IMG/VR virus record: IMGVR_UViG_2681813227_000023
Coordinates: 1 to 22,725 of that record
Length of the DNA: 22,725 bases
Direction: 5' to 3' (one strand)
From: a virus
Lineage: Duplodnaviria > Heunggongvirae > Uroviricota > Caudoviricetes
Both the position numbers and the translations under genes were made by a program. Below are positions 1 to 7,251 of the stretch, one piece after another. Within the stretch, counting starts at the first letter, position 1, and every line of letters starts with the position of its first letter. Below the pieces are notes generated by a model. That model made no database searches, was not told the origin of the DNA, and was given only the letters and a program-made list of their open reading frames with translations.

Positions 1-195
1 TTAATTATTCTGCTGATTTTCTTCCATCTCGGCTTCTGCCGCCAGTGATTCTATTTTATCTGCGAATATTGCTGACAGTGTTGCAAATTCAGCATCAGTG
101 ACAGCGGGAATTGGAACAAACCTGATCCCGCTGTGTGCAAGCATGTTTGCAGTTTCAAGGCATTTCCTTAAATCTGCTGGTGATGCCCTGTTCAT
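1..195 (-). CDS. Hypothetical small protein (64 aa), translationally coupled to the upstream methyltransferase
   Basis: ATG at 195..193 overlaps the methyltransferase TGA stop (194..192) as ATGA; own stop TAA at 3..1. The 104-aa version in the ORF track begins at a GTG inside the methyltransferase gene and is less likely. No recognisable motif. Confidence 0.4.
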   Translation of the reverse strand: MNRASPADLRKCLETANMLAHSGIRFVPIPAVTDAEFATLSAIFADKIESLAAEAEMEENQQNN

Positions 196-842
196 GCTGC
201 ACGCTCCCGCCCCTGATTGTCTGTTGGTGACAGCGGAGCATTGCTGAATGCATTTGTTAATCCGGCAATATCCAACGCGTATCCAGGGTGTAGTTGCACT
301 GCCGGGTCTTCGCACTGATTACCCCAAACATCGAAGCCATGAGACGACTGGCGGGCGAACAGTTCAATGCGAGAAACATCGCCTAACAATTGCACAAGTT
401 TTTCACGAACGATATCTGGTTTTCTTGAATGCTCAAGCCGCGGTGCGGTAAATGACTGAACGATCCCTGCATTAATGCGCGTAGGTAGTTTTCCCTTTAC
501 CGCAAACAGGCAATCTTCACTATTGGCGCGAGTCATGTGTCCCATACCCATAACCAGTTTATCTGGTTGTCGACTACCACATTTTATCCACGTGAAGCCC
601 TTCATGGTCATCAGACGGAATCCCCAGGCTTCAACAACTTTTAGTGCTTCGAGTGGTTGTGTTGGCACCCACCACATGGCCAACAGACAGTTTTTATCGG
701 CCAAGTCCCACACAGGAAGGCGGCAGATATCCAGCACACTCATAACCGGATATTTAAAACCTGCACCGCGATTACCATCTGCGGCTTTGTCCCGGTATAC
801 CCAGGGTGGATCTGCATAGATTAGTGTGTATTTCTTATTCAT
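192..842 (-). CDS. MT-A70 family DNA N6-adenine methyltransferase (216 aa)
   Basis: N-terminal MNKKYTLIYADPPWVY contains the DPPW catalytic motif typical of MT-A70/phage adenine methyltransferases. ATG at 842..840 preceded by GGGGTGG; the ORF-track GTG at 854 is an upstream alternative. Confidence 0.8.
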   Translation of the reverse strand: MNKKYTLIYADPPWVYRDKAADGNRGAGFKYPVMSVLDICRLPVWDLADKNCLLAMWWVPTQPLEALKVVEAWGFRLMTMKGFTWIKCGSRQPDKLVMGMGHMTRANSEDCLFAVKGKLPTRINAGIVQSFTAPRLEHSRKPDIVREKLVQLLGDVSRIELFARQSSHGFDVWGNQCEDPAVQLHPGYALDIAGLTNAFSNAPLSPTDNQGRERAA

Positions 843-1134
843 AAACCACCCCACAACATCCTATGCCGCTATAGTCGCCACGGCGAAGGCCGTTACCTTT
901 TGTGATACATTGGTCCCTGCGAACCGCGATCCTTGCACGCTCAACATCACCAGAAGCAACATCCATACACTGAAGCCAAAGGTGGGCGGCAATGCGGAAC
1001 TGCCCTTTTTTCTCTCTTTCAATCGCGCGTTTTTCGATCTCTATCGCCGCAGGAGTAACGGCAACAACCTTTGAAGGGCTGCGCATTGAAACCTTATTCA
1101 TGTGATATTTTTCAAGTCGGCTTAACTTTCTCAC
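835..1134 (-). CDS. Hypothetical protein (99 aa from GTG at 1134; 89 aa if ATG at 1101)
   Basis: Open frame whose TAA stop (837..835) overlaps the methyltransferase start by 8 nt in another frame. GAGAGGG lies about 9 nt upstream of the GTG. No recognisable domain. Confidence 0.35.
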   Translation of the reverse strand: MRKLSRLEKYHMNKVSMRSPSKVVAVTPAAIEIEKRAIEREKKGQFRIAAHLWLQCMDVASGDVERARIAVRRDQCITKGNGLRRGDYSGIGCCGVVYE

Positions 1135-1243
1135 TTAATCCAACCCTCTCTGAAAATTAATGCCAGCAGATAAAGCCATGCTGTAACAGAGGCCAGGAAT
1201 AAGTACCATCCTGACCATTTGCTCCAGTGCCTTAGCAGCGCAC

Positions 1244-1492
1244 TCATGCAGCGTTGCTCACGGGACGATATACACGTTGCTGAACAGGAGGTTTTTTACC
1301 CTGGAACTCTGCCGGGCTTGCTGCCTGACGTTCATCAAGCCAACGCTCAACTTCGTCACGGTTCCATGCGCAGCGTTTATCGGTGATATACCAGCGTTTA
1401 GGAAATTCCCCTGCGCGCTCCATACGGTCGATAGTGCTCCATGACAGTGGCACCACCGCCAGGAGTTCCTTCTTACCTAATGCACCTTTCAT
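1244..1492 (-). CDS. AlpA-family phage regulatory protein / excisionase-like HTH protein (82 aa)
   Basis: Sequence ...WSTIDRMERAGEFPKRWYITDKRCAWNRDEVERWLDER matches the AlpA/Xis-like winged-helix signature (K/R-G-EFP ... W..EV..WL). ATG at 1492 with AGAGAGG upstream. Confidence 0.7.
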   Translation of the reverse strand: MKGALGKKELLAVVPLSWSTIDRMERAGEFPKRWYITDKRCAWNRDEVERWLDERQAASPAEFQGKKPPVQQRVYRPVSNAA

Positions 1493-1541
1493 AAATACCT
1501 CTCTTGGTTGCAGTGCGGCGCGCGTGGCGCCGCGGTGGTGG

Positions 1542-2423
1542 TTACATAGATGTTTCGTTTAATTCTTCTCGACGAACGCTGTAAACATCGGTGGCTTTTG
1601 CCAGCAGTTCGTCATCATCTGAAAGTTTTTGTGCAATGTATTTGTAAGCCTTATCCAGTTCGGAGACAGTGCTGTAATTCATCGCTGCGCTGGTAAAGGC
1701 CATCAGCATTTCTTCTGGATCACGGCTATCCGCTTTACGCGTTTGCTCATCAGGCTTTTTCACTGTTTTAGCGTTGATCAGACTGTTCATTCCCGCAGCA
1801 GTGGTCGTTTGCGGAGTAATGTCTCGCTCAACGCGCGGTGCCGTTTCCTGTAATTCGTCAGGGGTGTAAACACCGAGAAGTACATCAGGAGCGTGCAGGC
1901 GAGCCCATCGTTTCGTGCAAAGATAGGCAAGCTGCTGGCGCGGATCCTGCTCCCACAATGGAGAGTTACGCACTCCGGCTTGCGCCATACTGATGGTAAG
2001 CTCACGGGGTTCTGCTTCTCCTTTAAGAACTGCTGACACAGTTACCGTCAGATTCGGTGATTTATCTGTTTTGCCGTTAACATTCGACCAGTCACCGCTC
2101 CAGCGATAATTCAGGCGTGTCGCTAGCAGGCTGGAAGAGGATACAACCGCGTTTACCAACTGTGCTTCGTAGCCTAACGTTCCGTTTACCACATGCGTTT
2201 TCTGCGCCACGGCGAAAGGGTTCATTCCCCACTGTGCCGCCTGCATGGTCACCGCCAGGCAATCGGCAGGTTTGCCTTCAAGATGTTTCGGCACAGTCGC
2301 TTTGCTTTGTGACATCAACTCCGCGAAACGCACCAGTTGATTCATGCCCTCGGGGCTGAAGATTGCCGCAGCAGTGCCTACAGTTGCGCCTGGTTGTGAT
2401 GTGATTGCGATATCATTGCTCAT
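1542..2423 (-). CDS. Single-strand annealing recombinase, Bet/RecT family (293 aa)
   Basis: WGMNPFAVAQKTHVVNGTLGYEAQL and a later ERDITP segment resemble lambda Bet (YGLNPW...GIVPVVGVDG; ERDITP). Start ATG overlaps the upstream exonuclease stop (ATGA). Confidence 0.75.
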   Translation of the reverse strand: MSNDIAITSQPGATVGTAAAIFSPEGMNQLVRFAELMSQSKATVPKHLEGKPADCLAVTMQAAQWGMNPFAVAQKTHVVNGTLGYEAQLVNAVVSSSSLLATRLNYRWSGDWSNVNGKTDKSPNLTVTVSAVLKGEAEPRELTISMAQAGVRNSPLWEQDPRQQLAYLCTKRWARLHAPDVLLGVYTPDELQETAPRVERDITPQTTTAAGMNSLINAKTVKKPDEQTRKADSRDPEEMLMAFTSAAMNYSTVSELDKAYKYIAQKLSDDDELLAKATDVYSVRREELNETSM

Positions 2424-3241
2424 ACGTACATATCCTGTTTACGTGCCCAGTCAGGGCGTTTAATAATTTCCACTCCGCCCCATTCATCGTTGATGCGGCA
2501 TTCGTGATAGGTATTCAGATCCCGGCGGAACAGAGCGTTCCCGGCATCGACATCTGGCGCATCCAGCTCGAACACGCGTACCGGATACCGACCACAATCA
2601 ATGCTTTCGCTCACGGCAAGAAAGAAAAAACCATGCGGCTGACCAGTAACCCTCATTGCGCCTTCGCGGTACATTGCGTCCTGCACGTGGTAGCGGAATT
2701 CCTCGATGTGACGTGCAAAACGGTCCATATCTGCAACCTTTTTCACGTCGACGATCACGTTGTGCTCGTTCAGCCATTTGTCTGGACGAATTCGGCACAA
2801 CTCACCCGTCTCTTCATCGTTCCAGTACATTGATGCTTCGCAGTAACCAGGTGCTTCCAACATCCAGCGTGCCGCTGGATGAGCCATTGCGCTATCACGC
2901 ATCAGCTCCAGTTTTCGCCACTGCTCGACATCAAGTACCGTAATACCCATATCCGCCACATCACGAAGAAGCATTTCTTCGTCAGCTTTACCTTGTTTTG
3001 TCCGACGATCGAATTTCGGTGAAACGATGAAGCGTTTGTCGAATTCTCCAGGTTCCAGAAGCAGGCAGTGCAATGCGGTTCCCATATCCAGTGCAGACTT
3101 TTTCTCTTCGTCTTCTGGTGCTGCCTGAACCCATTTAAGAAGCGCCGGATTCTTGGCAACCATGTCCAGTTGCGACTTACTCACGCCGTCACCTGCGTGG
3201 TAGTCTTCGTTGCTGATGTCGAAATAAATTCCCGGTTTCAT
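2420..3241 (-). CDS. PD-(D/E)XK exonuclease, RecE C-terminal-domain-like / exonuclease VIII-like (273 aa)
   Basis: N-terminal GIYFDISNEDYHAGDG and a D...VDVKK nuclease core (CRIRPDKWLNEHNVIVDVKKV). Sits directly upstream of and coupled to the Bet/RecT gene, the usual exo plus annealase pairing. Confidence 0.7.
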   Translation of the reverse strand: MKPGIYFDISNEDYHAGDGVSKSQLDMVAKNPALLKWVQAAPEDEEKKSALDMGTALHCLLLEPGEFDKRFIVSPKFDRRTKQGKADEEMLLRDVADMGITVLDVEQWRKLELMRDSAMAHPAARWMLEAPGYCEASMYWNDEETGELCRIRPDKWLNEHNVIVDVKKVADMDRFARHIEEFRYHVQDAMYREGAMRVTGQPHGFFFLAVSESIDCGRYPVRVFELDAPDVDAGNALFRRDLNTYHECRINDEWGGVEIIKRPDWARKQDMYV

Positions 3242-3537
3242 GCCGCGTCCCTCTGCCCATCAAGCTGATCTGCCAGATCCCAGCGGGCGATAATTGCCAT
3301 TGCCTCGCGCCGATAGGCATCCATCAGTTCTTCGAACTCAGGGCTGTCTTTAGCAGCCTCCAGTACTTCCTGACGAACGCCTTTGCCTGTTACAACGTCG
3401 AAAGTTGAGGACAGTTGATGAAGTCGGATGCTCTCAATCAGTTCAACTTGTCGGTCATATAGCTGTTCTGACAGGCGGTAGTCCTTGTCGAATGCCAGCA
3501 TGATTTTTTGAAGATTTTTCTGCTGATTAACGTTCAT
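3238..3537 (-). CDS. Hypothetical early protein (99 aa)
   Basis: ATG at 3537..3535 (MNVNQQK...) with GGGAGGG 7-8 nt upstream; stop overlaps the exonuclease start (ATGA). No recognisable domain. Confidence 0.55.
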   Translation of the reverse strand: MNVNQQKNLQKIMLAFDKDYRLSEQLYDRQVELIESIRLHQLSSTFDVVTGKGVRQEVLEAAKDSPEFEELMDAYRREAMAIIARWDLADQLDGQRDAA

Positions 3538-3539
3538 TA

Positions 3540-3692
3540 TCAGCCCTCCCATATCTCGTTATCGTTGGCCACATCGCGAGCTTCTTTGCTGACGAAAGCC
3601 CACTTAATGCCTTCCTGTAAGGTGCGGAACTTCCAGCTCATGAATCCGCATGCAGTAACGCAGTACCAACCGTTGATGATTTTCCACTGCAT
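3540..3692 (-). CDS. Small ORF, 50 aa (MQWKIINGWYCVTACGFMSWKFRTLQEGIKWAFVSKEARDVANDNEIWEG), absent from the supplied ORF track
   Basis: Hand-translated: ATG 3692..3690, TGA 3542..3540. Its stop lies 2 nt before the ATG of the next gene (TGATAATG) and GAGGT lies 9 nt upstream of its start. First ORF downstream of the leftward operator pair. Confidence 0.35.
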   Translation of the reverse strand: MQWKIINGWYCVTACGFMSWKFRTLQEGIKWAFVSKEARDVANDNEIWEG

Positions 3693-3711
3693 AACTTGTT
3701 ACCTCGGTCTG

Positions 3712-3726
3712 TTACCGTTGAGGTAA
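3712..3726. promoter_or_regulatory. Operator-like palindrome TTACCgttgaGGTAA (leftward operator region, site 1)
   Basis: Perfect 5-bp inverted half-sites with 5-bp spacer; one of six copies in the window. An extra TTACC half-site lies at 3699..3703. Confidence 0.5.
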
Positions 3727-3774
3727 TAATTATGCGTATTTGGTTTGATGTCAATAGATATGAGTTAAAAAAAA

Positions 3775-3789
3775 TTACCCATTAGGTAA
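3775..3789. promoter_or_regulatory. Operator-like palindrome TTACCcattaGGTAA (leftward operator region, site 2)
   Basis: Same motif, 63 bp centre-to-centre from site 1, between the repressor-gene terminator and the first leftward ORF. Confidence 0.5.
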
Positions 3790-3802
3790 TAGTATAGGCA
3801 AT

Positions 3803-3826
3803 AAAAAAGCCGCCAGAAGGCGGCTT
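3803..3826 (-). terminator. Rho-independent terminator downstream of the repressor gene
   Basis: On the minus strand GCCGCC-TTCT-GGCGGC followed by TTTTTT, about 20 nt after the repressor stop codon. Confidence 0.65.
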
Positions 3827-3846
3827 ACTTACTGAAAAGTATGATT

Positions 3847-4431
3847 TTATTGTTTGTTTTTTTCGTTCTGGTTGATGACAAATTCAATGTAACTTTCGAT
3901 CTTTGCTTTCTCGGTTTCAGGTAACAATGCGTAGCGCGAGCGGTCATAGTTGATAGTTGCAGGGTCGTGCGGGTGAATCAGTAGTTCATATCCGTGACGC
4001 CCGAATGCGGATGCAACATTCTCCAGGGTGGAAATGGAAACGCTGACCTCATTGTTTAACAGGCGGCTGATTGTCACCTGGGCGACGCCGGATGCGCGGT
4101 GAAGTTTTCCCTGTGTTGAAAGGTCGCGGCTTTCGCTCATCCAGCGTTCCAGGTTGTGAGCCGCCAGCTGACCAATGTCGCTTGGGCCGACAGGCTGAAA
4201 ACCTTCCTGAGAAAGCGAGCGATCGATATCAAGCCAGTTACGGGGTTTATTGGCGGCAGCTTCAATTTTTCGCGCAACCTGGTCGCCGATAACCTTCTTG
4301 CCAAGAGCCCAGCGGTTTACCAGATTTGCCTGAGTTCCAAGTTTTTCTGCCATCCGCGTCTGAACACCATTGAATTCACGGTCGATCAAGTCGTTGAGAT
4401 TTTGCCTGCGGACGTCCTGGATACTTTTCAT
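3847..4431 (-). CDS. Putative immunity repressor with two HTH-like segments and no S24 peptidase domain (194 aa)
   Basis: HTH-like stretches QTRMAEKLGTQANLVNRW and VAQVTISRLLNNEVSVSISTLENVASAFG. Transcribed divergently from a Cro-like gene across an operator-bearing intergenic region. No G-S-M / Ser-Lys dyad autocleavage motif seen. Confidence 0.65.
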   Translation of the reverse strand: MKSIQDVRRQNLNDLIDREFNGVQTRMAEKLGTQANLVNRWALGKKVIGDQVARKIEAAANKPRNWLDIDRSLSQEGFQPVGPSDIGQLAAHNLERWMSESRDLSTQGKLHRASGVAQVTISRLLNNEVSVSISTLENVASAFGRHGYELLIHPHDPATINYDRSRYALLPETEKAKIESYIEFVINQNEKNKQ

Positions 4432-4486
4432 TTTCTGGAAAATCGCCTCATATATGAATCAGTAGATGATTCAATTTAAAGCAATA

Positions 4487-4501
4487 TTACCCAACAGGTA
4501 A
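4487..4501. promoter_or_regulatory. Operator-like palindrome TTACCcaacaGGTAA in the repressor/cro intergenic region
   Basis: Same motif as above; further GGTAA (4514..4518) and TTACC (4535..4539) half-sites follow. Confidence 0.5.
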
Positions 4502-4585
4502 ATGCACCCCACAGGTAACTATCCTTGATTTTTGTTACCTTATGGGTGAATATTTATTATCTGAAATAAATATCAGGCAATAGCT

Positions 4586-4816
4586 ATGAGCGATAACGGA
4601 CATTTCGATTTCAAAAAGCACTGGCTTGCACTTACTCCGGATGAGCGTGAAGCCTTCGCACAGGAAGCCGGAACGACGAGTCACTATATCCAGACTCACT
4701 TAACAGGTAAGCGCAAAATGCCAGGTAAGGTATTGATGAATGGGCTTTTTAAAGCCTGTAAAACAAGACAATGGCTGCGCTCAAAAGCAGAACTGGCATA
4801 CTTCTTCTACTCATGA
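4586..4816 (+). CDS. Cro-like small DNA-binding regulator (76 aa)
   Basis: Small basic protein transcribed divergently from the repressor; HTH-like segment FAQEAGTTSHYIQTHLTGKRK. Assignment rests mainly on position. Confidence 0.55.
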   Translation: MSDNGHFDFKKHWLALTPDEREAFAQEAGTTSHYIQTHLTGKRKMPGKVLMNGLFKACKTRQWLRSKAELAYFFYS

Positions 4817-4835
4817 TATCCAGCCACAACCCTCT

Positions 4836-4861
4836 GTAGACCGCCATCCGGCGGTCTTTTC
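4836..4861 (+). terminator. Rho-independent terminator after the cro-like gene
   Basis: Stem AGACCGCC / GGCGGTCT with ATCC loop followed by TTTT, about 20 nt after the stop. Confidence 0.55.
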
Positions 4862-4966
4862 ATATCTATTCGCACCTCAAAGGTAATAAAAAACCAAATC
4901 TGGTTGACCTTTTTTTTGTGTCAGCACAAAATGACCGTAATCCCAATACTAATAACAGGGCTTACC

Positions 4967-5167
4967 ATGGAAATCATTACACGTATTGATGCCGCAAAGC
5001 GCGGACTTAAACGCTACTACACCGGAAAACCATGTAAGCACGGACATGACAGTGAACGCTGGGTTTACAACGGACACTGTGTTGAGTGCACCATGGAATC
5101 AAACCGTCGTATCAGGGCAGAGATTAAGCAGATCATGATTAATTCCTCCCCACAACATTCAAGCTGA
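4967..5167 (+). CDS. Small putative zinc-binding protein (66 aa; C-x-H-G-H ... C-x-x-C), cII-position gene
   Basis: ATG at 4967 with AGGG 9 nt upstream (the ORF-track start at 4904 is TTG). KPCKHGH...HCVEC motif. Function unknown. Confidence 0.45.
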   Translation: MEIITRIDAAKRGLKRYYTGKPCKHGHDSERWVYNGHCVECTMESNRRIRAEIKQIMINSSPQHSS

Positions 5168-5182
5168 TAGCGGAGATTAATC

Positions 5183-5998
5183 ATGAGCAGACATGCAACA
5201 GATTGGGCCTGGGAGACAGATCCGGGTAGCTCATCATTAAAGCTCATACTGCTCTCGATGGCTGACAGAGCCGATGAATATAACCTCTGCTACCCCAGCA
5301 TAGAACGCCTCGTTAAAGACACTTGCCTGAATAAAAAAACCGTGCAGGCCGGGCTTATATCGCTCATGAAAATGGGGCTTATTTCAGATACCGGAGAGAG
5401 AAAGGGAGCGACAAAAAGAGTGCGGGTTTTCTCTCTTAATATAACCAAAAACGGGAACATTAAAGGCAACCGGGAGGGGGGCAATGAACCCGAAAACGGT
5501 AATGTTACCGAAAACGGGAATATACCCAAAAACGGGATGTTGAATGATCCCAAAAACGGGATGTTGAATGATCCCAAAAACGGGATCCAGAACCAGTCAT
5601 ATAACCAGTCATTTAACCAAGAGAGGGAGAGCAGGACAAAAAGCGGGGATTCTGTGCCTCATGACCCCGGAGCAAACAACGCCGTGATGAATAACTTTGT
5701 TCCTCCTGGTGGGCCAGGGCAATTAGGCAAATTTGTCATGCATGAACAATGGCAGCCATCAGATGACTTTCTTCGGAAAAGCTCATTGCAGGGGATCTAC
5801 CTGGACAGTCTGCCAACGGCACAGGAACTTGCAGAGTTCAGAATTTACTGGATGGCTGAGGGTAAGGCATACCATCAGGCACAGTGGGAGCAGAAGCTGG
5901 CAAGGCGGCTGCAGATTAGCAGACAGAAGCAATCAACATTACCTGATAACAACGTTCCGCACTGGAACAGCCCTGAAGCATGGGAGGATTTCTTGTGA
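5183..5998 (+). CDS. Replication initiator (lambda O-like role): N-terminal winged-helix, internal iteron-encoded repeats, DnaT-like C-terminus (271 aa)
   Basis: N-terminal ...LKLILLSMADRADEYNLCYPSIERLVKDTCLNKKTVQAGLISL resembles phage replisome-organiser HTH domains. Central low-complexity KNG-repeat region is encoded by DNA iterons. GGAG SD before ATG 5183. Sits directly upstream of the P-like gene. Confidence 0.7.
   Translation: MSRHATDWAWETDPGSSSLKLILLSMADRADEYNLCYPSIERLVKDTCLNKKTVQAGLISLMKMGLISDTGERKGATKRVRVFSLNITKNGNIKGNREGGNEPENGNVTENGNIPKNGMLNDPKNGMLNDPKNGIQNQSYNQSFNQERESRTKSGDSVPHDPGANNAVMNNFVPPGGPGQLGKFVMHEQWQPSDDFLRKSSLQGIYLDSLPTAQELAEFRIYWMAEGKAYHQAQWEQKLARRLQISRQKQSTLPDNNVPHWNSPEAWEDFL
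5445..5586. repeat. Iteron array (six copies of approximately CC(C/A)AAAACGGGA) inside the initiator gene: candidate replication origin
   Basis: Copies at about 5445, 5489, 5507, 5525, 5548 and 5572, the last three within an almost exact 24-bp tandem repeat (atcccaaaaacgggatgttgaatg); further short AACCAGTCAT repeats follow. Confidence 0.6.
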
Positions 5999-6780
5999 AC
6001 AACGTTTTTACCGCGATACAAAACCGTGACGGAGAAGCCCTTTCTCGCATGTCAGGTTATGAGCATCAGTACGTCAACAATGACAATGTGGTGAACATGT
6101 CAGCAGAGAGGCTTGTTGATGCCCTTTTTAAACAGCTGAAACAACTGTTTCCGGCGGCAGTGGTAACCAACCTGAAGACGCCAGAGCAGGAAGTTGCTGC
6201 AAAACAGCAGTGGATTGCTGCGTTTGCCGAAGGGGGGATCCGAACCCGTGAACAGGTTTCTGCTGGTATGCGCCACGCCCGCGCCAGTGAATCTCCGTTC
6301 TGGCCGTCTCCAGGGCAATTTATCAAGTGGTGCAAAGACAGCAAGATGGTTCTTGGCGTCACCATTGACGATGTGATGGCGGAGTTTCACCGGTACAGCA
6401 AGGAAAAAAGTTTATATCCTGGTGGTCCCGAAAGATTCCCGTGGCGACATCCGGTTATGTACTGGGTCGTATGTGATACCCGCCGTGCAATGTATCAGCG
6501 CCAGCTTAGCGAGATTGAGGTTGAGAAACACGCGCGCAGGCTGCTCGATGATTGGGCGAAAAAGGTGGCTTCCGGACAGCAGATACCCGATCCGGTGATC
6601 AGCATACAGGCAAAGCCAGAGCCCATGAGTACGCCTCCGGACACAGGGAGAGACGTTTACCATCCACCAGGGCGAAGTTTCGGGTGCATGCCTAACGCCG
6701 CCACCCTTGGGGGAATAACACCGGCGCAGTGGCTGATGGAGGAATACAGGCGGGGAAAGGCGGCAGGATTTATCAAGTAA
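5980..6780 (+). CDS. Replication protein P-like helicase loader
   Basis: KQQWIAAFAEGGIRTREQVSAGMRHARASESPFWPSPGQFIKWCKD aligns with lambda P (RRQWVLAFRENGITTMEQVNAGMRVARRQNRPFLPSPGQFVAWCRE). Start is ATG 5980 or GTG 5995 (GTGA overlap with the initiator stop). Confidence 0.8.
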   Translation: MGGFLVNNVFTAIQNRDGEALSRMSGYEHQYVNNDNVVNMSAERLVDALFKQLKQLFPAAVVTNLKTPEQEVAAKQQWIAAFAEGGIRTREQVSAGMRHARASESPFWPSPGQFIKWCKDSKMVLGVTIDDVMAEFHRYSKEKSLYPGGPERFPWRHPVMYWVVCDTRRAMYQRQLSEIEVEKHARRLLDDWAKKVASGQQIPDPVISIQAKPEPMSTPPDTGRDVYHPPGRSFGCMPNAATLGGITPAQWLMEEYRRGKAAGFIK

Positions 6781-6817
6781 TACCAGCGCGATAGCGCATT
6801 TTTTTACGTCTCAATAA

Positions 6818-6832
6818 TTACCCATCAGGTAA
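6818..6832. promoter_or_regulatory. Operator-like palindrome TTACCcatcaGGTAA downstream of the P-like gene
   Basis: Same TTACC-N5-GGTAA motif, outside the immunity region. Confidence 0.45.
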
Positions 6833-6879
6833 CAAAACATTCTAAACTCTATTGATTTCGTGTCTTATGTGGTTTTTAA

Positions 6880-6894
6880 TTACCTTAGAGGTAA
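6880..6894. promoter_or_regulatory. Operator-like palindrome TTACCttagaGGTAA just upstream of the 6898 start codon
   Basis: Same motif, 62 bp from the 6818 site; its right arm overlaps the ribosome-binding region of the next gene. Confidence 0.45.
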
Positions 6895-6897
6895 ATC

Positions 6898-7251
6898 ATG
6901 AGAAAACAGATACAGGCTCTTGGTCGACTCAAAACAGGCCAGATGAACAAAACAGAATCTGCGTATTGCCAGCACCTTGAGCAGCGTAAACGTGCAGGGG
7001 AAATCGCCTGGTATCGATTCGAGGGTATCAAGTTGCGGTTAGCTGACAACTGCTTCCTGACTGTAGATTTTGCCGTGATGTTGGCTGACGGGCAGTTGGT
7101 GATGGTGGACGTTAAGGGAAGTAAGTCAGTCTTTACTGACGATGCGAGAGTCAAGATGAAGGTTGCGGCAGACAGCTATCCGTTTGTCTTTCAGGTTGCT
7201 TATCCAAAACCTAAAAAGCTCGGTGGTGGATGGGAGGTTGAGGAACTATGA
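6898..7251 (+). CDS. DUF1064-like phage protein (117 aa)
   Basis: Recalled resemblance to DUF1064 phage proteins (ESAYCQHLEQRKRAGEIAWYRFEGIKLRL...FLTVDFAVMLADGQLVMVDVKG). Stop overlaps the HNH gene start. Confidence 0.5.
   Translation: MRKQIQALGRLKTGQMNKTESAYCQHLEQRKRAGEIAWYRFEGIKLRLADNCFLTVDFAVMLADGQLVMVDVKGSKSVFTDDARVKMKVAADSYPFVFQVAYPKPKKLGGGWEVEEL

Noticed and set aside
4904-4966. N-terminal extension of the zinc-binding ORF (ORF-track start at 4904), and similar extensions at 854, 315, 3552, 9127, 10558, 11232, 16738, 18931 and 19320
   Set aside because: These begin at GTG or TTG codons or lack an SD. An in-frame ATG with proper SD spacing or start/stop coupling lies downstream in each case, so the shorter forms were annotated.
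5290-5577. 95-aa minus-strand ORF with repetitive sequence (FNIPFLG repeats)
   Set aside because: It is the antisense reading of the iteron repeats inside the initiator gene; the repetition comes from the DNA repeats, not from a real protein.
3712-6894. Reading the GGTAA arms of the palindromes as Shine-Dalgarno sequences of tiny ORFs (for example ATG at 3732 or 4502)
   Set aside because: The downstream ORFs are only 8-17 codons and the motif recurs as a perfect palindrome at six loci, which points to protein-binding sites. Only the 6880 site truly overlaps a real ribosome-binding region.
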